Below are positions 1-16,459 of a DNA stretch of 64,000 nt, piece by piece. This DNA is from the human T2T-CHM13v2.0 reference genome, Homo sapiens. Each line of letters begins with the position of its first letter. Position 1 is the first letter of the stretch. Location: the NCBI RefSeq assembly GCF_009914755.1, contig NC_060927.1; one strand, 5' to 3'. The position numbers were made by a program, and so were the translations under genes. The notes below the pieces were generated by a model that worked only from the letters and a program-made list of their open reading frames with translations, was not told where the DNA came from and ran no database searches.

Positions 1-140
1 CACATTCTCAAGAGATAACCACTATTATAAGTCTTCTTGGCATCCTTCTAAACATTTTCTAGATATATGTGCTCATGCATAGGTAAATAGACGGATAGTG
101 ATAGGACCAATCAAAGAATACGATTCCTCAACTTACAGGG

Positions 141-628
141 CATGGCACTCTGCAATGATGGCCCTAATTCTTCACTCCTTCCTGTAACTTTGCAGTGCTT
201 TCCTACCATGGGTAGTTGACCTGCTCCATCATTTGGCATTGAGCTCAGCCACGTCAAATGCTTTGGCTAATGGGATGTTAGCAGAATTGAAAGAGCAGTG
301 GTTTGAAATAGTGTTGTGCATTGGGGCTGCTCTCTTGAACCTCTACTGCCATATTAAGAATTTGTCTCAGCTCGCCTGCCAGGGTATATGAGGCACATGG
401 AGCAGAGCTGAGTGATCCCAGTCACCCCAGCCCACACCAAAAGCCTGCCAACAGCCTGCCAACAACATTCAGATATATGAGTTGATCAACAAAGATCAAC
501 AAAGACTACTAGCTACTCCACCCACATTTGACCCCAGATGCTTGGGGAATGAACACATTGTTGTATGGCCACTGAGGTTGGTAGTTATTTGTTAAGCAAC
601 ATTATTGTGACAGTAGGTAACTAATACG
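141..628 (+). mobile_element. MaLR solo LTR, MLT1G/MLT1H-like
   Basis: Typical MLT1 3' end (ccactgaggttggtagttatttgttaagcaacattattgtgacagtaggtaactaatac) and internal gaggcacatggagcagagc motif; 5' boundary approximate. Confidence 0.6.
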
Positions 629-629
629 T

Positions 630-940
630 ATGTCTTAGAGCTTTTTCCATATTGGCACAAAAAGACCTACCTTTTTGTTTTCACTAACTGCAAAATATTC
701 CATTGTGTGTAAGTACTGTAAGTGCTCTGATTTAGTTAATTCATCCTCTGTTGACAGGCATTTAGGTTGTTTCCAGCTTTTTGCTAGCCAAACAACACTG
801 CCAAGGACATATCCCAGATAGATATCTATCTAGATATCTAGACTTGGCACACTGATCCAAAGGATACATTTCTAGAGGTAGAAATGCTACATCAAAAGAT
901 GCGCATTTCAAATTTTGCTAACTATTGTCATAAAAACTTG
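630..940 (-). mobile_element. Old L1 (L1ME-type) 3' fragment
   Basis: tattccattgtgtg...gacaggcatttaggttgtttccag...ttttgcta motifs match the antisense L1M 3' region. Confidence 0.55.
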
Positions 941-2035
941 CTTCTAAACTGTCTGTGCAGGTCACCATCTAATTTTAAGGACGAGAAAGGTTTCTAGCCT
1001 CTTCTAAAACTAATGCATCTTTTTGAAAGAATGTTACAGGAATTTGATATTTATTAACTTCTAAATTTTACTAACATTATAATGTTTCTTGTCTTCAAAG
1101 TATACAAAATATTGACTATTGTCATCACTATGTTTTGATATACAGAGCCTTTTCTTTCTTTGTTTGTTTATTTCTGAATACAAGAAGTTATATCCTCAAG
1201 GTCAGACTTCATTAGCTCTGACGGTCTGGCTTGGGAAATTCCCATAAAGGACTGGAAGTGCAGGGCTTCAGCTCTAAGACTTGGTGATAGCCTGAAGCCT
1301 CAGGGGGAACAGATGGCAGAACTCAGTAACCACCAAACTACCTCTCCTTTCATAAAATTCTCTCCTCTTTGATGTTAGGTAATGAAAAGAACGAAGGCTT
1401 TGGGGTTCCCCAGAATTTAGTTTGATCAGAGTGTTGCCTTTTATGTACTGTGTGGGTTTAAGTATGCTATAGAAATTCATGGGCCTCAGTTTTCTCGCCC
1501 ATGCAAGAAAATGGTGATATTTATTGTTTTGTGAAATCTAGTCCACTTCTCATATCTGTTGCTCCTTGCAAACAAACGAAAACATGAGGCAGCTGCTGGG
1601 ACAACTCACATCTCAGGAATGAGGAAGCATATTGAAGTGAAAAGAGCACCACGAACTTGTGTTTAAAGGCTCACAGTGCATCCTCCTGCTGACCTTCCTG
1701 AGTGACCTTGTGTGTGGTCAGTTAATCTCTCTGCACTTTGTTTCCTCCATTGTGAATGGGGATATGAAATCTGTCTTGCAGGGCTGGAGGGAGGACTAGA
1801 GGTGCTGTGTGTGAAGCACCTAGCACAAGGTTTGACACACAGAGGACTCCCAATAGTGGTACTTCTTAGTACTTTTATTTGTGTGGCTCTCCTGACCATA
1901 AATGAGTGGTTGTGTTGTCATTTTACCTCACTCTTCCCCACTTCCCACAGTATTTAATCTAATTTAGGGAGCACATTCTTTCTCCACATTTTCACATCTC
2001 TGGAAATAGTCTGTGGCTTAAAATTGATGATATCT

Positions 2036-2341
<306 letters not shown>

Positions 2342-3689
2342 TTATAATTGTGGACAGCCAGGTCACAGTCATAACGTAATTGTCATTGCCTGTGCATGCA
2401 AAAACTCGGTGGCATGACTGGACAACTGGAAACTTTCTGTGTCTCACTCCAAAGACCATTTAAGGACCATTTGAGGAAAGTCTAAAATTTCTGCCTATTG
2501 TCTGAAAACTTATTATTTCCACTACTGCTATTTTCATGACCATCCGTTAAGAGCTTAACAGGTGAAGGAGTCTGGGCTAAGAACCAGAAATATAAAGCCC
2601 TTGAGGGTCTTAAATATCACCAGGGAAACAGGGCATAGATTTAAAATGTAATTAACTCTGTGAAGCAGTCTGTGGCTGATGCCAGGCAATAGTGCAGACA
2701 CTATATAAATGCTTCAGGGGGCAAAGACAAGAGAAATGGCTGGGAGGGTGAAGATTCAGAGACAGCCTCGCAAAAGAGAAAAAACATCAGGAGGCTTTGA
2801 AATGAGGATTGGACTTAGGGGAAAAGCGCGATCTTTCTGGAATGGAGGATGGTTGGAACAATGGAGCAGTGGGGAAAATACCTGAAGAGTATTAAAAAAT
2901 AGAAGCACCCTCTTTAGATTGACGCATCAGGTTCACCAGGTGAAGGGAATAGGGTGGTAAATAAACCAAGAGTTAGGAACAGGCTAGACAATGACCTTAA
3001 AGTCACCTTGGATGTCCCTCCTTATTTTTAATTCATAAGTTAATGATGTGAATGCTTGTGGATGATTGCCATTTAGGCCATTGAGAATAGGAGGGAAATT
3101 TCTTCTTCATGGATGATTTGATCTGATTGTTCAGAACCAGAAGAGGTCTCAAAAGACAATTTGTCCTGCTATCTGATTATTACTGGAAACAATGGCATAA
3201 TTATCAACCACTCAGAAATGGAGAGCATTATTTTTGGCAGATGTCTTTTAAATGTAATTGGTTCAATTTCATAACCCCAGGAAGCTAGTCGATTTATTTG
3301 GTTACTGAGAAGCTTTATTGAGACATTTCTATGGCCACAGTGGGCAATTGGTAACACCTGCTTTGAGGATCACATGAGCCAGTATTATCCTGGCCATATG
3401 GTGTACAACTTTTAAGACATAAGCAATTATTTGTTTATGGATTAGATTCAGGCAATTTCTTAAGACAAGCCTGCCTGATGCTGAGAAAGAGAGCCCATCC
3501 AACTGAAAGTTTCGAAAACCTCATTAAAGTCTTCAAATGTTCATCAAGGATGAGACTGATCTTTGCAGTAAGACCTGAGACCATGACCAAGATATTGAAA
3601 GTTGCAACCTGCTCTCATTCCCCCTATGATCCTGCATTCTCTAGACATCTTTACCTGCTGTGTTGTTGGTTTTGTTACACAGAATTTGT

Positions 3690-3870
3690 CACCTTTTGAT
3701 ATACTATATAATATACATATTTACTAAATTTATTGTTCATTATTTTCTTACCTAGCTGGAATGTATATTTTACAAGGGCAGTAGTTTTAGTCTGCTCTGT
3801 GTATTGCTGTATCATGGAAGTCTAGAACAGTGCCTGAACTTTACAAACTTCAAATATTTGAGGAACTGTC
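3690..3870 (+). mobile_element. L2 3' end fragment
   Basis: tagctggaatgta...aagggcag...tctgctctgt...tctagaacagtgcctga...caaatatttg matches the L2 3' terminus. Confidence 0.5.
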
Positions 3871-4969
3871 ACTTGGATGAGTGCTTTCATCAAGAGGAAT
3901 CCTGGGATGTTGTGGAGGAGACTATCATATACTCCTGGGATAAGTTCCGTATCTGGATCTGTGGCTTTGCTTTTTCTTTACTCTAGGAATCTATGACTTT
4001 ATACTATGAAAAAGGAGAACAAATAAAGTTAAAATATACTTAACATTGGTTGAGGTGCAACATGTGTGTAGCAATGTTTCACAGATATGTCTAATGCCAG
4101 GGGAGGTCTTTTCACTTGACAAATAGCCTGGATGGTGTTTTGGTTTACAAAAGCTGGCAGAAATAGACGTAAGCCTAATCTTATGTCTTTGATTTACAAA
4201 AGTGACTCTTTCTATTGCTCTTCACCACTGGAGTTTGGGATTGGGACTATATATTCTGGCAAAGTAATCAAATTGGATACATCAGTTCATTTGCTGGATT
4301 TCAGCTTTTACAAGTAGTTCCTAACCCTCCACCACCTATCTTCATTAATTAAATTCATACCGAGCCCACTGTATGTTTCTCTCAAGCCCCTCAAGAACAC
4401 AATTAAGTCATGTTGCAATTTTTTAGCACCATGATACTTCAAAGAGAGGTCGGGGAAAGAAAGTAAGTTAAGTGAAAAAAACTTAAATAAAGGCAAGATT
4501 TTCCAGTGTTATCTTCTGAAAGTGAATGGCATATATTTATGTGAGAGTTGCATTATATTTTGTTATTTAGTTGCTAAATTTAAATTCCAATGGTCATTTT
4601 CAGCATTTCCTCTGTAAGGGAAAACATTGTGTAGATATTTTGTCTGGTGTGCTTTTCAATATATTGTGTGTGGTTAGTAATATGCTAAGCAGAAGTCTGA
4701 GGGTGCCTTATTTTATTTCATCAATGGATTGCTAGGTAGGAAATGAAAAGGATGGAAGCATGTTACCCACTTATCCACTAACTTAGGTTTTTTGAAAAAC
4801 TCCTTGAATTTCACAAAAATCTCCCAGTTTATATCATTTTTGCCAAATATATCTAGCAAATGCTTTGCTATTCTAAGCAAGTTACACACCCGAAATAAGG
4901 GGTATCTAGCAACTTGAAACCTAGCTAAACTAATATTAGTGAATCAATTAATACTACTGTTTATTAAAT

Positions 4970-5510
4970 CTTTTATTGACATTTGTTGTTTAAAAAGTGC
5001 ACAGATCCCAAGCATGCAGCTCAGTGAATTCCCACAACCTGAATACACCTATGCAACAACACCCAGATCAAGAAACAGAAAAATGTCAGCAGTTCAAGAG
5101 CCCTTCCAATCACTGCCCACCCTCCAAGATGAACCACTAACCTCAGCAGTACAGTATGGATTAGTTCTCCCTTCTTTTTTGTTCTTTATGTAAATGGAAT
5201 CATACCTATGTACTCTTTTGTGTTTGGCTTCATTTTTCTTATATCTGTGAGATATATATTCTGCATTGGATTTATAAAGTTACAGGTCACTTATTCTCAT
5301 TGCTGTACAGTATTCCATTGTGTGGGTATACCAAAATTTACTTGTCTTTTCAACACTTATTGGGCATTTGGGCAGTTTCTAGTGAGGGGCTATTGCAAAT
5401 GCTGCTGCCATGAACATTCTAGTGCATGGAATTATGGTGGAAACATGTAGGATATTCTATTAGTTACATACTCAAGAGTAGAATTTCAGGTTCCAACACC
5501 CTTCTGTAAG
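4970..5510 (-). mobile_element. Old L1 (L1ME-type) 3' end
   Basis: aaagtgcacagat...cccagatcaagaaacagaa...taaatggaatcatac...tattccattgtgtgg...catttgggcagtttc pattern. Confidence 0.65.
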
Positions 5511-5579
5511 TGAACTGATTGTTCTCCCAAAAGAAAAACATACAAATATGCATAGATGAGTAAAGAATATGTCATGGCA

Positions 5580-6615
5580 GGGGGAGGAGCCAAGATGGCC
5601 GAATAGGAACAGCTCCAGTCTACAGCTCCCAGCGTGAGCGAGGCAGAAGACGGGTGATTTCTGCATTTCCATCTGAGGTACCGGGTTCATCTCACTAGGG
5701 AGTGCCAGACAGTGGGCACAGGTCAGTGGGTGCAGCGCACCATGCGCGAGGTGAAGCAGGGCGAGGCATTGCCTCACTCGGGAAGCTCAAGGGGTCAAGG
5801 AGTTCCCTTTCCTAGTCAAAGAAAGGGGTGACAGACGGCACCTGGAAAATCGGGTCACTCCCACCTGAATACTGCACTTTTCCGACGGGCTTAAAAAACG
5901 GCACACCAGGAGATTATATCGCACACCTGGCTCAGAGGGTCCTATGCCCACGGAGTCTTGCTGATCACTAGCACAGAAGTCTGACATCAAACTGCAAGGC
6001 GGCAGCGAGGCTGGGGGAGGGGCGCCTGCCATTGCCCAGGCTTGCTTAGGTAAACAAAGCAGCTGGGAAGCTCAAACTGGGTGGAGTCCACCACAGCTCA
6101 AGGAGGCCTGCCTGCCTCTGTAGGTTCCACCTCTGGGGGCAGTGCACAGACAAACAAAAAGACAGCAGTAACCTCCGCAGACTTAAATGTCCCTGTCTGA
6201 CAGCTTTGAACAGAGCAGTGGTTCTCCCAGCATGCAGCTGGAGATCTGAGAACGGGCAGACTGCCTCCTCAACTGGGTCCCTGACCCCTGACCCCTGAGC
6301 AGCCTAACTGGGAGGCACCCCCCAGTAGGGACAGACTGACACTTCACACGGCCGGATACTCCTCTGAGACAAAACTTTCAGAGGAACGATCAGACAGCAG
6401 CATTCGTGGTTCATGAAAAACCGCTGTTCTGCAAACACCGCTGCTGATACCCAGGCAAACAGGGTCTGGAGTGGACCTCTAGCAAACTCCAACAGACTTG
6501 CATTTGAGGGTCCTGTCTGTTAGAAGGAAAACTAACAAACAGAAAGGACATCCACACCAAAAACCCATCTGTACATCACCATCATCAAAAACCAAAAGTA
6601 GATAAAACCACAAAG
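5580..6615 (+). promoter_or_regulatory. L1 5'UTR internal sense/antisense promoter with YY1 site
   Basis: YY1 core caagatggcc at 5591-5600; relatively CpG-rich; lies upstream of the ORF1 ATG at 6616. Confidence 0.8.
5787..6032 (-). CDS. ORF0: L1 antisense ORF0 (81-aa open variant); translation unproven
   Basis: MAGAPPPASLPPCSL...DSVG.GPSEPG...RFSRC matches primate L1 ORF0; ATG in a good Kozak context (GCAATGG). Confidence 0.7.
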   Translation of the reverse strand: MAGAPPPASLPPCSLMSDFCASDQQDSVGIGPSEPGVRYNLLVCRFLSPSEKCSIQVGVTRFSRCRLSPLSLTRKGNSLTP

Positions 6616-7630
6616 ATGGGGAAAAAACAGAGCAGAAAAACTGGAAACTCTAAAAAGCAGAGCACCTCTCCTCCTCCAGAGGAACGCAGTTCCTCACCAA
6701 CAATGGAACAAAGCTGGACGGAGAATGACTTTGACGAGTTGAGAGAAGAAGGCTTCAGATGATCAAACTACGAACTACAGGAGGAAATTCAAACTAAAGG
6801 CAAAGAAGTTAAAAACTTTGAAAAAAATTTAGAAGAATGTATAACTAGAATAACCAATACAGAGAAGTGCTTAAAGGAGCTGATGGAGCTGAAAGCCAAG
6901 GCTCGAGAACTATGTGAAGAATGCAGAAGCCTCAGGAGCTGATGTGATCAACTGGATATCAGTGTATCAGTGACGGAAGATGAAATGAATGAAATGAAGT
7001 GAGAAGGGAAGTTTAGAGAAAAAAAGAATAAAAAGAAATGAACAAAGCCTCCAAGAAATATGGGACTATGTGAAAAGACCAAATCTACATCTAACTGGTT
7101 TACCTGAAAGTGACGGGGAGAACGGAACCAAGTTGGAAAACACTCTGCAGGATATTATCCAGGAGAACTTCCCCAATCTAGCAAGGCAGGCCAACATTCA
7201 GATTCAGGAAATACAGAGAACGCCACAAAGATACTCCTCGAGAAGAGCAAGTCCAAGACACATAATTGTCAGATTCACCAAAGTTGAAATGCAGGAAAAA
7301 ATGTTAAGGGCAGCCAGAGAGAAAGGTCAGGTTACCCACAAAGGGAAGCCCATCAGACTAACAGCGGATCTCTCGGCAGAAACTCTAAAAGCCAGAAGAG
7401 AGTGGGGGCCAATATTCAACATTTTTAAAGAAAAGGATTTTCAAGCCAGAATTTCATATCCAGCCAAACTAAGCTTCATAAGTGAAGGAGAAATAAAATA
7501 CTTTACAGACAAGCAAATGCTGAGAGATTTTGTCACCACCAGGCCTGCCTTAAAAGAGCTCCTGAAGGAAGCACTAAACATGGAAAGGAACAACCGGTAC
7601 CAGCCGCTGCAAAATCATGCCAAAATGTAA
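6616..7630 (+). pseudogene. ORF1: L1 ORF1p (RNA-binding protein), disrupted
   Basis: MGKKQSRKTG start and ...PLQNHAKM* end. Premature TGA at 6760-6762 (CGA>TGA), further stops and a net frameshift (1015 nt); RRM/CTD part open at 7070-7630. Confidence 0.93.
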
Positions 7631-7678
7631 AGACCATCGAGACTAGGAAGAAACTGCATCAACTAACGAGCAAAATAA

Positions 7679-11521
<3,843 letters not shown>

Positions 11522-14105
11522 ACAATGAGAACACATGGACACAGGAAGGGGAACATCACACTCTGGGGACTGTTGTGGGGTTGGGGGAGGGGGGAGGGAT
11601 AGCACTGGGAGATATACCTAATGCTAGATGACGAGTTAGTGGGTGGAGCCACTAGCATGGCACATGTATACATATGTAACTAACCTGCACATTGTGCACA
11701 TGTACCCTAAAACTTAAAGTATAATAATAATAAAAAAAAAGAAAATGACATAAGAAAAAAAAAAAAGAATATGTCATGGCAATAGAATCCAGTGATAGTC
11801 ATAAGCTCTTGAAGATTTCATAAGAGACTACAAGGTTTTCATAGGGTCCCCTACTTCGTGCTATGAAGAATACAAATTCCTTATCTCTCCCACAGAGAGA
11901 TGAGGTGGGGGTAAATCTTCCCATCACCAAAAAAGCCACAGAGAACCTTACTTTCCAAAATCAAAGCATCTAAGTGACAAGTTAGACTGTTGCTTCTCAT
12001 TCCAATAAATTATCCTATTTGTATTTGCCTTTCTAGCAGGCACCAAGGAGAGCAGGGAACCATAATGAAAATTCATGCTTGCAAATCACCCTCCAACTGT
12101 AAAGTATTTTATGGATATTAACTAATTAATCCTTTACTTCTTTCCTCCTGTTTCCCCACCTTTTCTCCCCACCATGAAGCAGGTGGCATCCCCATATTGT
12201 GTCACTCATTTGCAAAAAGATAAACACAAGAACAGGTTATGCCGTATCATTTATGAGGTCCAAGAGTGTAAAATAAATACTTCACTGCCTGGGGCCTTCA
12301 TGAAATAAAATTACCACATACTTTGAGCCTAGAGGTCTAAATTGCACAGATAAAGCCTCTGAAGAATTTTTATCCCATATGACAGGAGAGATGGATTCGT
12401 TGTTGGATTTATTTACTAAACTGTCACAGTGGTTGCTCATGAATATCAATGATTTGATAGCTCCTGAGGAAGCTGTGGAAGAGCCTTAAGAGGGAAAAAT
12501 TGCTAAATGTTTCTGAACATGGGACTGAGCAAAGGTGACTAAAGTGGTTACTCTCAGTTCCCCCCATTCCACTACAATCCAAACAGAAAATTTGAAAAAT
12601 TGTTTAGAAAAGGATGCATAGGTGAAATGACACTTAGATTTGTAAATATAGAGAAAAAGTGATGTCTGTTCCTGAATGTGTTTGTGATTAGAAATGGGCA
12701 TCTGATTAGGAATTTCTGATTTTTAAAAAATAATCAGATTTCATGTAAGCTCTGGTTGTCTGTATTTAGATATTAACCACCAATTAAATTTGGTTTATTA
12801 TTTTCTAATGGAAAAAAAGCCTAGGCGTGTGGAAAATTTCTCTCATTTTATATTTATGATGCACAAAAATGGAGTAATCTACTTTTAATTTTAGATACAA
12901 CCTACCTTTTTAAAATCAGGAACCAGAAAAGTAATCAGAACTAGTGATTATACCAGACAAAAAAGAATTCTTCCTGAGGCTACATTCTGCTCTGGTTCTA
13001 TGCTCTCCACTTACTCTGGTTTCCCAGAACTTTTTTGTGCATATTGAGGGCACTGGAGGTTCCTTGGGGCATTGAATAGAAAAAGGGAGAGAGAGAGAGA
13101 AACAAGTTGTTATTAGGCTTGATAGGTTTGTTCAAAAGAGAAATTAAGATACTTAATATTTGATTTTTTTCTATCCATCTAGACACTCCTGGGGTGAAAG
13201 CCCCATGTGAGAAATGACTAAAGAAAAATAAAACAGAGCCACTGCCCTCAGGGACTCTACAGATAGGGGCAGGGATAAGTCAAGTAGGCATATGTCTAAA
13301 GCATGAGATAGAGCGGGCAAGTGGTCTGCAAAAGAGTGGACTGATCTGCTCAAGGGGGCCCACATGCCCGTCCCCCATGATGTATAGAAATGCCCCTCAA
13401 TAGTAACACATTTACCAAAATACAGAGCAGTGCTCCAAGCAGGCCAGGGATATCTTGAGATCCTAGAAATGAAGAGGGACTCAAAGCTGGAATAATAAGC
13501 TGGAGTTGAAGCCAACATGTCCAAGGAAGGAAATCGACCTTAGGACCAGGACCTTCAATACCAGTTTGAGGTACACAGTGAGCATCTCCTATGGAAAAGG
13601 GCTCTTATGCTTTTAAAGAGAATTTGAGAAGTAGAGCATTTAATTCAGTGAGGAAAAAAACAACACAAAACAACACAAAACAACACAAAGAGGTGGAACC
13701 ACAAAGGAGCTAGGAGAGGACCAGAAGTGAAGTGGGCAAAGCCAGGAAAAGAGGCCTTAAAGGTCGAGGGAGAATCAGTCTGAGAGGCCATCGGAAGTGT
13801 CCTTGATGACGTGTGTGTGGGAGGGTGTGGTGGGGGAGTGCTCAAATGGAAGTAGCTATGAGGGAGTAGAGGTAGCTGAGACAGAGGAGGTATAAAAGGT
13901 GAGGGGAAAAAAAAAGGCAGAAAAATGCAGGAGTAGCCAGCCTGAATAGAGTTTTATTTTCTGATGGTTGTTTTTGTTGTTTGAGGATAAAAGAGGTGTT
14001 TATATGTTTGTAAGCAAAAAGTCAAAGACAGAGGGAGTGAGAGGTTGAAATCCAAATTACTATAATAGAGGAAAAACCAGGAGGAAGCAGAAAAGATTGG
14101 ACTCA

Positions 14106-14378
<273 letters not shown>

Positions 14379-14484
14379 TTATCATTCATGGTATTTTATT
14401 ATGTTTGGGCATTACTATTGCTGATGGAAGTCTGCAAAATGAGATGTCATTAGTTTTAGGTCATTTACCTTTTTATCTTGGCAT

Positions 14485-14815
14485 TATGTTAATGAGTTTT
14501 GCTTAACAAATGATTCTAAAATGCAGTAGTATAAAACTATAAGCATTTATTATCTCAAACAGTTGCTGTGGGTCAGGAACCTAGAAGTAGCTTGTATGGG
14601 TGGTCTGGCTTGGGCTCTGTCATGAGGCTACAGTTAAGACGTTGACTGGAGCTAAACGTTTGACTGAGGCTGGAGGATCCAAGATAGATTGCTCTCACAC
14701 AACAGAAGTTACTGCTGGTTGTTGGCGGGAGGCCTTAGGAACTCTGCATGGACCTCTCTATAGGGCTGCTTGAGAGCCCTCACAACATGGCAGCTGCCTT
14801 CCTCCAGAGTAGGTG

Positions 14816-14882
<67 letters not shown>

Positions 14883-15095
14883 GGAGAGAGAGAGAGATCT
14901 CAAATCCTTTAATGACCTAGACTTGAAGGAAGTCACAAATTATTTAGTGGAAGTCATACATGTTCACTTCTACTGCATTCTGTTAGTTAGAAGTACTTCC
15001 CTATGTAGAGACACACTCAAGTGAAAGGGAACCAGGCTCTACCACTTGAAATAAGGAGTATCAAGGAACTTGTGGACAGCTTTTAAAACTACCAC
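14485..15095 (-). mobile_element. MaLR solo LTR, MLT1F-like
   Basis: catttattatctca..cagtt.ctgtgggtcaggaa, gggctgcttgag..cctcacaacatggcagct and ...ttttaaaactaccac motifs; interrupted by a microsatellite. Confidence 0.7.
14817..14898. repeat. (TG)26 followed by (AG)n compound microsatellite
   Basis: Read directly: TG run 14817-14868, then AG run. Confidence 0.97.
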
Positions 15096-16079
15096 TGGCA
15101 ACTAGGTCTTGAGGTGGATAAATGAAGAAATTTGGGGAATCTCACACTGGAGATGTTTGATGTAGGTAAATGATCTGAGATTCATTAGGTGTGAAATAAT
15201 GAAGTGTATATATAGTTCTGCATATACATGCCTGGGAAGGTATAATATTCAGAGCATACTATCACTCAATTGTATCTGCTGTGGCCTCAGACAGTACAGG
15301 GCAGTGTTTGCATTGATAATAGAATGGGAAAGGGAGGGAGCGGATGCATCAGTGGCTCCATGTGTTACTCCATTTCTTTGCAGATTTCCTCAGTGAGTCC
15401 TCTTTGATGTAGTATGTTGCAGGAGAAACAATGATATGAGTCACAGAGTTTCTGTAAGTTCTGACCTCCCTTGTCCAGCTGCTTAGAGTAGGGCAGCCCT
15501 TGTAAAGTAAAAAGAGCCAGATTTGAGGTGAAGCTTCTAACATAGCACAATAAAAAGAGAAGAATTTGCCCCCAGTTTTGTTACCATTTTCCTTCAGCGC
15601 ACTTGGAAGGAAGAAGGAATTAATGAGGCTCATTGTGTATGCAAGGGTAAGCACAGTTTGTGTTGAGCTGAGTCTAGCAGAAGCTGAAAAAGCATATCTG
15701 GCACAGCTAAGTAATTAGACTTCACATTTCTCACATTTTGTAAGGAAAGAAAATGTCTTTAGTGGGAAGCGTCTTTAAACTCATTTTCCACGGACAGAAA
15801 AGACTTTCTAAGCCCAACCCTGGGCTTGGTCCTTTGTGGACCACATTTAAAATGAAGGTAGAAATTAATGTAGTCATGTTTTAGGTTATTTGTATGCTCT
15901 GCAAGAAAGGGATGACCGCTTAAGAGCAGGGCTGGTGCCAGGTTCCTGACTAGAATTAAAATCCAGGAAAATATCTGTCTAGATCAAATATAGAAATCAG
16001 GGCAATGATGAAGACATCTATTTCCATTATTCTCAAATGACTGGAAATACCTAGAAAACAATGATCATGTCTTTCATAT

Positions 16080-16320
16080 ACTGATTAAAATATGGTCTTT
16101 GGAGCCAGATTTCCTGGATTCAGTTCTGACTCTGCCACTTAATAGCTGTGTGATTTGACACAGTCGAAATTAATTTCCTCCTTCTCTATCTCAGTTTTCT
16201 TGTCTGTAAAATGGGGAAAATAAGAGTACCTGCTGCAAAGGACTGCTGTGAAGAAGTAGATAATATATGTAAGTCACAAAAACAGTGACTAGTGCATTAT
16301 AAGAACTGCAAAGGTTAGCT
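16080..16320 (+). mobile_element. MIR SINE
   Basis: ctctgccacttaatagctgtgtga...tctcagttttcttgtctgtaaaatggg MIR core. Confidence 0.75.
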
Positions 16321-16459
16321 TTTTTATGACTCTTAATTATTACTAAGAATAGTTGTGCAACAAGTAGGTGCCGAATAAATATTTGCTATTTGAACTGAGC
16401 ACTAAGACTGATAAACACCTGTCCCCATTACAGCATTAGCTACTGCATCCACTGCCCGC

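Noticed and set aside
11565-11600. G-quadruplex motif
   Set aside because: This is the standard L1 3'UTR G-rich tract (also at about 28385-28420), not a locus-specific feature.
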